A stretch of 64,000 bases of DNA from Desulfobacterales bacterium (lineage in GTDB: Bacteria > Desulfobacterota > Desulfobacteria > Desulfobacterales > UBA2245). The position numbers were made by a program, and so were the translations under genes. Shown here piece after piece: positions 60,061 to 64,000 of this stretch. Numbering within the stretch: the first letter of the stretch is position 1; each line of letters starts with the position of its first letter. Below the pieces are notes generated by a model that was not told where the DNA came from, did not search any database, and saw nothing but the letters and a program-made list of their open reading frames with translations. Where the stretch lies: NCBI GenBank assembly GCA_040771865.1, contig JAXGZF010000003.1, positions 310,001 to 374,000 of the forward strand, in the 5' to 3' direction.

Positions 60061-60861
60061 ATGACCGGCATGATCACCCTCACGACCGATTTTGGACTGA
60101 AAGACGAGTATGTCGGCGTCATGAAAGGAGTAATCCTTTCAATTTGTCCGACAGCCACAATCGTCGACATCACCCACGGAATCTCTCCTCAGAATCGCAT
60201 TCAGGCGGCTTATATTATCGATGCGGCCTACCGGTATTTTCCGGCCGGAACCATTCATCTGGCGGTGGTGGATCCCGGCGTGGGAACCGGGCGGGGGATG
60301 GTGGCCCTCAGGGCCGACGGGCATGTTTTCCTTGCGCCGGACAACGGGGTGCTGTCCTTTCTGCTGCAAAAAGACGAAATTTTTGCCGTCCGGCTGACCT
60401 GTTCCGAATATTTTCTGAAAAGCGTTTCAACGACTTTTCACGGGCGGGATATCTTTGCGCCGGCGGCCGCCCATCTTGCCGCGGGCGCGGACCTGGAAGC
60501 CCTTGGAGAAACGGTTGACTGCGGCGCGCTGAAGACCCTGGATCTGGGCCGTCCTCGAATCGGCGCCGACGGCAGGCTTTCAGGAACCGTTGTCTGGGCG
60601 GATCGGTTCGGAAATCTGACGACCAGCATCGACGCGGCGAGTCTGGACGCGTATCTTCGGTCGAAGCCCGGCAGCGTTCAGCCGGCGATTCGAATCGGAG
60701 AACACCGGATTGCCGGTCTGTCTTTGACCTATGCCGATGCCGAACCCGGCCGGGCGCTCGCACTGATCGGAAGCCGCGGGTATCTTGAGATCGCCGTCAA
60801 CTGCGGCAACGCGCACAAAGACCTGGGCATCAACATCCATGATCCTGTTTTTGCGGAGTGA
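60061..60861 (+). CDS. SAM hydroxide adenosyltransferase (DUF62 / SAM-dependent halogenase family)
   Basis: TLTTDFG, VVDPGVGTGR, PDNG, STTFHGRDIF, DRFGN. Confidence 0.93.
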   Translation: MTGMITLTTDFGLKDEYVGVMKGVILSICPTATIVDITHGISPQNRIQAAYIIDAAYRYFPAGTIHLAVVDPGVGTGRGMVALRADGHVFLAPDNGVLSFLLQKDEIFAVRLTCSEYFLKSVSTTFHGRDIFAPAAAHLAAGADLEALGETVDCGALKTLDLGRPRIGADGRLSGTVVWADRFGNLTTSIDAASLDAYLRSKPGSVQPAIRIGEHRIAGLSLTYADAEPGRALALIGSRGYLEIAVNCGNAHKDLGINIHDPVFAE

Positions 60862-60888
60862 ATCCTGTTCTAAGGACAATGGAGTCGA

Positions 60889-61698
60889 ATGAAACCGTCT
60901 GTTGAAAATATAGAAATCGAACCGCCCGAAAAGACGAAAAAGCATTCGGGCCGTGAGCTGGAACCCGGGAAGACGCGGATGCCCAGACCTTCCATCAGAT
61001 CCGCAAACTGGCGTATTTTTTTGATCGAGGACAGCGGCGCCATGATGTCCTTTGAAAATGCAAGGCTCATTGTCGCCTGCATTATTCTGATCATTCTGAC
61101 GCTGTCCGGTTTGTGCGCCGGTCTGTTCTGGGTGTATCGGGGCGCTGAGAGCGAACGGCTCAGCCTGAGCCGGAGGACGGTCGATCTGGAGCGGGAGCTG
61201 GCCGAAATCCGGCATGAAAAGGACCTGCTGACCGCCCGAATCGTTCTGAACCGGTCCGGTCCGGGTGAATCCGGGGATGGGTTCGATAACAGGGCGGCGG
61301 GGAATGAACCGTCCCCCTCCGCCGAGGTCCGGCCCGAAGCCGTTTCCCCGTCCAGGGTGGTTGTCAGGGAGGTTTCGCTGATTCCGGACCGGCGCGCCAA
61401 TGCCCTTGATCTTCGTTTCAAGCTGATCAACAAAGGTCAGGGCCGGGCCGCCGGATACGTATTTGCCGTTTTGAAACCGGATCCGGAGAATTCCGAAACC
61501 TGGAGGGTCGTTCCCGAGGTTGCGCTGCACGCCGGGAAACCGGCCAGCCATGAAAAGGGACATGAATTTTCCATCTCCCGGTACAAGACGATTCATTTGC
61601 GGGCGAAGAATATGGTTTCCTGTGCGCTGGCCACCCTGTGGGTTTATTCCCGGAATGGAACCCTGCTGCTTCAGCACGAGATTCCATCGACCCGATAG
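60889..61698 (+). CDS. Membrane-anchored hypothetical protein (TM, coiled coil, beta-rich C-terminus)
   Basis: Single TM, coiled coil, directly upstream of bactofilin; start uncertain. Confidence 0.65.
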   Translation: MKPSVENIEIEPPEKTKKHSGRELEPGKTRMPRPSIRSANWRIFLIEDSGAMMSFENARLIVACIILIILTLSGLCAGLFWVYRGAESERLSLSRRTVDLERELAEIRHEKDLLTARIVLNRSGPGESGDGFDNRAAGNEPSPSAEVRPEAVSPSRVVVREVSLIPDRRANALDLRFKLINKGQGRAAGYVFAVLKPDPENSETWRVVPEVALHAGKPASHEKGHEFSISRYKTIHLRAKNMVSCALATLWVYSRNGTLLLQHEIPSTR

Positions 61699-61821
61699 AA
61701 AATTTTCCGGAATTCGGATTCGAATCATCGGCCCGGCGCATCGCGTTTCGTGATTCCGCCGAACATGCAGGCGCGGTGATTTTTTGAAAGCCATCGCGGT
61801 ATTTTTGGCAGGACAGGTTCA

Positions 61822-62190
61822 ATGAAGAGCAAATCATTTTCCATCATCGACAGTGGCGTCACCCTGACAGGAGACCTGCGCTTCGAGGGGCAACTGATCA
61901 TCAAAGGCAATGTCGGCGGCGTTTTGCGGGGCGAAACACTGGTGGTCGCGGAGGGCGCAAAGGTGTGCGCGGATGTTCAGGCGGATTCGATCACGGTCCG
62001 GGGCCGGCTGGAAGGCAGGATTTGCGCAGGAAATACGATCCGGGTGCTTGCATCGGGAATCTGCTCGGGTCAAATCATCTGCCGGAACCTGACGGTGGAG
62101 GCCGGCGGCGTGATCAATGCCGAGATTGTCTGCACTCAGACGTCCGAAGTATCCGCATCCGCCATCTTGAAAATTCCGCAGACCGGATAG
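61822..62190 (+). CDS. Bactofilin (polymer-forming cytoskeletal protein)
   Basis: SIIDSGVTLTGDLRFEGQLIIKGNVGG... beta-helix repeats. Confidence 0.92.
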   Translation: MKSKSFSIIDSGVTLTGDLRFEGQLIIKGNVGGVLRGETLVVAEGAKVCADVQADSITVRGRLEGRICAGNTIRVLASGICSGQIICRNLTVEAGGVINAEIVCTQTSEVSASAILKIPQTG

Positions 62191-62921
62191 TGGTCCGACA
62201 GGAAAATCCCGCGAACCGGTTCCTGAATCACCCGGCTCTCAACGGGAATCAGGCTTCCGCGGTGCAGAATCCAGTCGATATGCGGGCCTTCCTTTTTCCC
62301 GGTAAAACCATGATGGGTCGCCGGATAAGGAGGCTTGAAGGCAAGCCGGAAACAGGGGCCATGAACCGGTTTTTCCGCAAGCTGGCCGGTCAAAGCAAGG
62401 CCGCAGGTACTTTCCGGCAAGGCGTTGAAATCGCCGACCAGAATCGCCGGCATTGTTTCGGAAATGCCGGCGATGCGCTTCAGGATCAGCCTGGCGCTTT
62501 GCACCTGGACTTCGGCATCAAAATCCAGATGGGTGGTGCCGAAAATCAGGGCGTGGCCCTTTTTTTGAAACACGCCGATGATGCATTGCCTGGCCCAGAG
62601 ACTTTTCGCCCACCGGCTGGGAACCGAGGGCGTCGGGCTCAGGTAAAAATGATCCCGCAGAATGCAGTCCCAGTCTTTTCGGTAAAAGATCAGGTTGTCC
62701 TGCCAGAAAGGCGGCGCCGGACTGCGCTGTCCGATGCAGTGATAATCCTTGAGCAGATCTTTTAAGAACTCCGCCTGGAAATCATTGGCTTCCTGAAAGG
62801 CGATCAAATCCGCGTCATGGGTTTCAAAAAATTCGGGAAATACCTGCTTGCGGCAATTCCAGCTGTTGGGGCCGTCATCGGCCAGTCCGAATCGAAGATT
62901 CAATGTGAGCACGCGGATCAT
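62136..62921 (-). CDS. Endonuclease/exonuclease/phosphatase family protein
   Basis: TLNLR, FQE, THLD, GDFN, IDWI, SDHYPV. Confidence 0.94.
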   Translation of the reverse strand: MIRVLTLNLRFGLADDGPNSWNCRKQVFPEFFETHDADLIAFQEANDFQAEFLKDLLKDYHCIGQRSPAPPFWQDNLIFYRKDWDCILRDHFYLSPTPSVPSRWAKSLWARQCIIGVFQKKGHALIFGTTHLDFDAEVQVQSARLILKRIAGISETMPAILVGDFNALPESTCGLALTGQLAEKPVHGPCFRLAFKPPYPATHHGFTGKKEGPHIDWILHRGSLIPVESRVIQEPVRGIFLSDHYPVCGIFKMADADTSDV

Positions 62922-62948
62922 GGAGAATATTCTTTCTGCTTAAGCGGA

Positions 62949-63593
62949 TTATTGCCGGTGATCGGAAACGGGTCCTTCAAGCGTTTCGGCGTCTGCTTCA
63001 AACCGGTGCATGACCCGGGCGATGTCGAGGCTTGCTCCCTTGAAATTCTCAAAGGTCAGGTCGGTAAACGGCAGTTCGAATTCTTTTCGAATCACTTCAA
63101 AGATGGCCAGATAATTGGCGGTGATGCGCTTTTTCCATAACAGGCCCAGGCGGCCGGCCATATCCTTGATGGCGTTTTTTTCACCCTCGATTTCCAGAAA
63201 ATTCCCAAAAGGCATGACATCCAGGCACAGGGTGCTTGTCTGAAACACAAAGGTTTCACGCCATTTTTCATAGACCTGTTCGGCATGGTATCCGAGCGCC
63301 TCGAGGATACGGCGCATGGTTGAAAAATCGCTGACCTCGACTTCCAGTTCTGTCAGGGTCTTGAATTCAGCGTCCGGGTCGTTTGAAGGGGCCTTGAACG
63401 TCAGACGTGTTCGGGCGTCTTTTCGAAGCCTGAGCAGGGATTGCCGCCGGATTAAATTTTTATCCGCATCTTCGAATCGAAGGTTGGTTTCGAAAATCCG
63501 GCCCGTGGATTCGGCGCTCAGGCGGATAATCATGTTGCGGACCGGCTCAATCTCTGGTAAATAAAATTTCACTTCGGTTTCAATGTGTTTCAT
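62949..63593 (-). CDS. CYTH-domain protein (class IV adenylate cyclase-like)
   Basis: ETEVK (ExExK), LLRLR, LTFK, ELE, YEKWRE, FLEIE. Confidence 0.92.
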   Translation of the reverse strand: MKHIETEVKFYLPEIEPVRNMIIRLSAESTGRIFETNLRFEDADKNLIRRQSLLRLRKDARTRLTFKAPSNDPDAEFKTLTELEVEVSDFSTMRRILEALGYHAEQVYEKWRETFVFQTSTLCLDVMPFGNFLEIEGEKNAIKDMAGRLGLLWKKRITANYLAIFEVIRKEFELPFTDLTFENFKGASLDIARVMHRFEADAETLEGPVSDHRQ

Positions 63594-63718
63594 GGAGAGG
63601 GTATCCAATCGTTTGCGGCTCGCACGTTTCTGACTGCCGGTTATATTGGAATCGCGCACGGATGTCAATGCGGCGGCTGTTATCCGGAAAGAGGATGCAT
63701 CGGCGCTCAACGCCCTCC

Positions 63719-63781
63719 CGCGGCGAACGGTTACCTGAAGCCGGCGGAAATTGCATCCGCTTCAGGTAACCGTTTGCCGCG
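63719..63781. repeat. 23-bp inverted repeat between divergent genes
   Basis: CGCGGCGAACGGTTACCTGAAGC ... GCTTCAGGTAACCGTTTGCCGCG (one G-T pair). Confidence 0.85.
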
Positions 63782-63875
63782 CCTTCTTTCGAATGATAAG
63801 CGAAATTACCCTTGACATGTTGACAAATTTTAATTAAAAGTGCCAAATTCTTTATGAACAGGAGAACGGAATACG

Positions 63876-64000
63876 GTGAAAAAATATACATACAACGCAA
63901 AAGCGTCGGACAACAAAGACAAATGGTTGCTCGTCGATGCCGAAGGGAAAATCCTGGGCCGTCTGGCCAGCCAGGTTGCGGCTAGACTCAGAGGCAAGTG
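63876..64000 (+). CDS. rplM: 50S ribosomal protein L13 (3' truncated by window)
   Basis: GTG start; [25 protein letters not shown]. Confidence 0.95.
   Translation, partial: MKKYTYNAKASDNKDKWLLVDAEGKILGRLASQVAARLRGK

Noticed and set aside
60061..60861. Fluorinase/chlorinase
   Set aside because: It retains the Asp/Arg/His residues (VVDP..R, TFHGRD) characteristic of DUF62 SAM hydrolases, and there is no biosynthetic cluster context.

Overview
Chromosomal segment of a Desulfobacterales-like deltaproteobacterium (judged from the 16S sequence and gene content). Most of it is housekeeping: atpA(partial)-G-D-C, an N-terminal-only glmU, zapB-zapA-6S RNA-rny-tyrS, a complete rrn operon (16S-tRNA-Ile-tRNA-Ala-23S-5S), groES/EL, a 32-aa bS22-like gene missing from the ORF track, hflKC, two tRNA-Ser, dnaX-ybaB-recR-murI, sdh/frdCAB, tol-pal-cpoB, ruvCAB and the start of rplM. 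The accessory region (about 15.0-35.2 kb) is the most interesting part. It holds a sensor kinase plus sigma54 response regulator, a GT2 and two GT-C-type membrane glycosyltransferases, and TWO tandem type IV minor-pilin cassettes (fimT-pilV-pilW-pilX, no pilY1). Each cassette has its own sigma54 promoter and a convergent exported-protein gene; the 5' 266 bp of those two genes are almost identical. A TsaP-like LysM gene closes the region. One PilW carries a 15-bp VNTR (TEPSV) and an extra low-GC domain. Cassette 2 is bracketed by inverted copies of a 143-bp MITE with 4-bp target duplications. Other signals: tandem NrdR-like boxes with no nrd gene nearby, and three short degenerate tandem duplications at gene junctions (bS22, hflK, tolB/pal). 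All calls were made by eye without database searches; functional models are inference.
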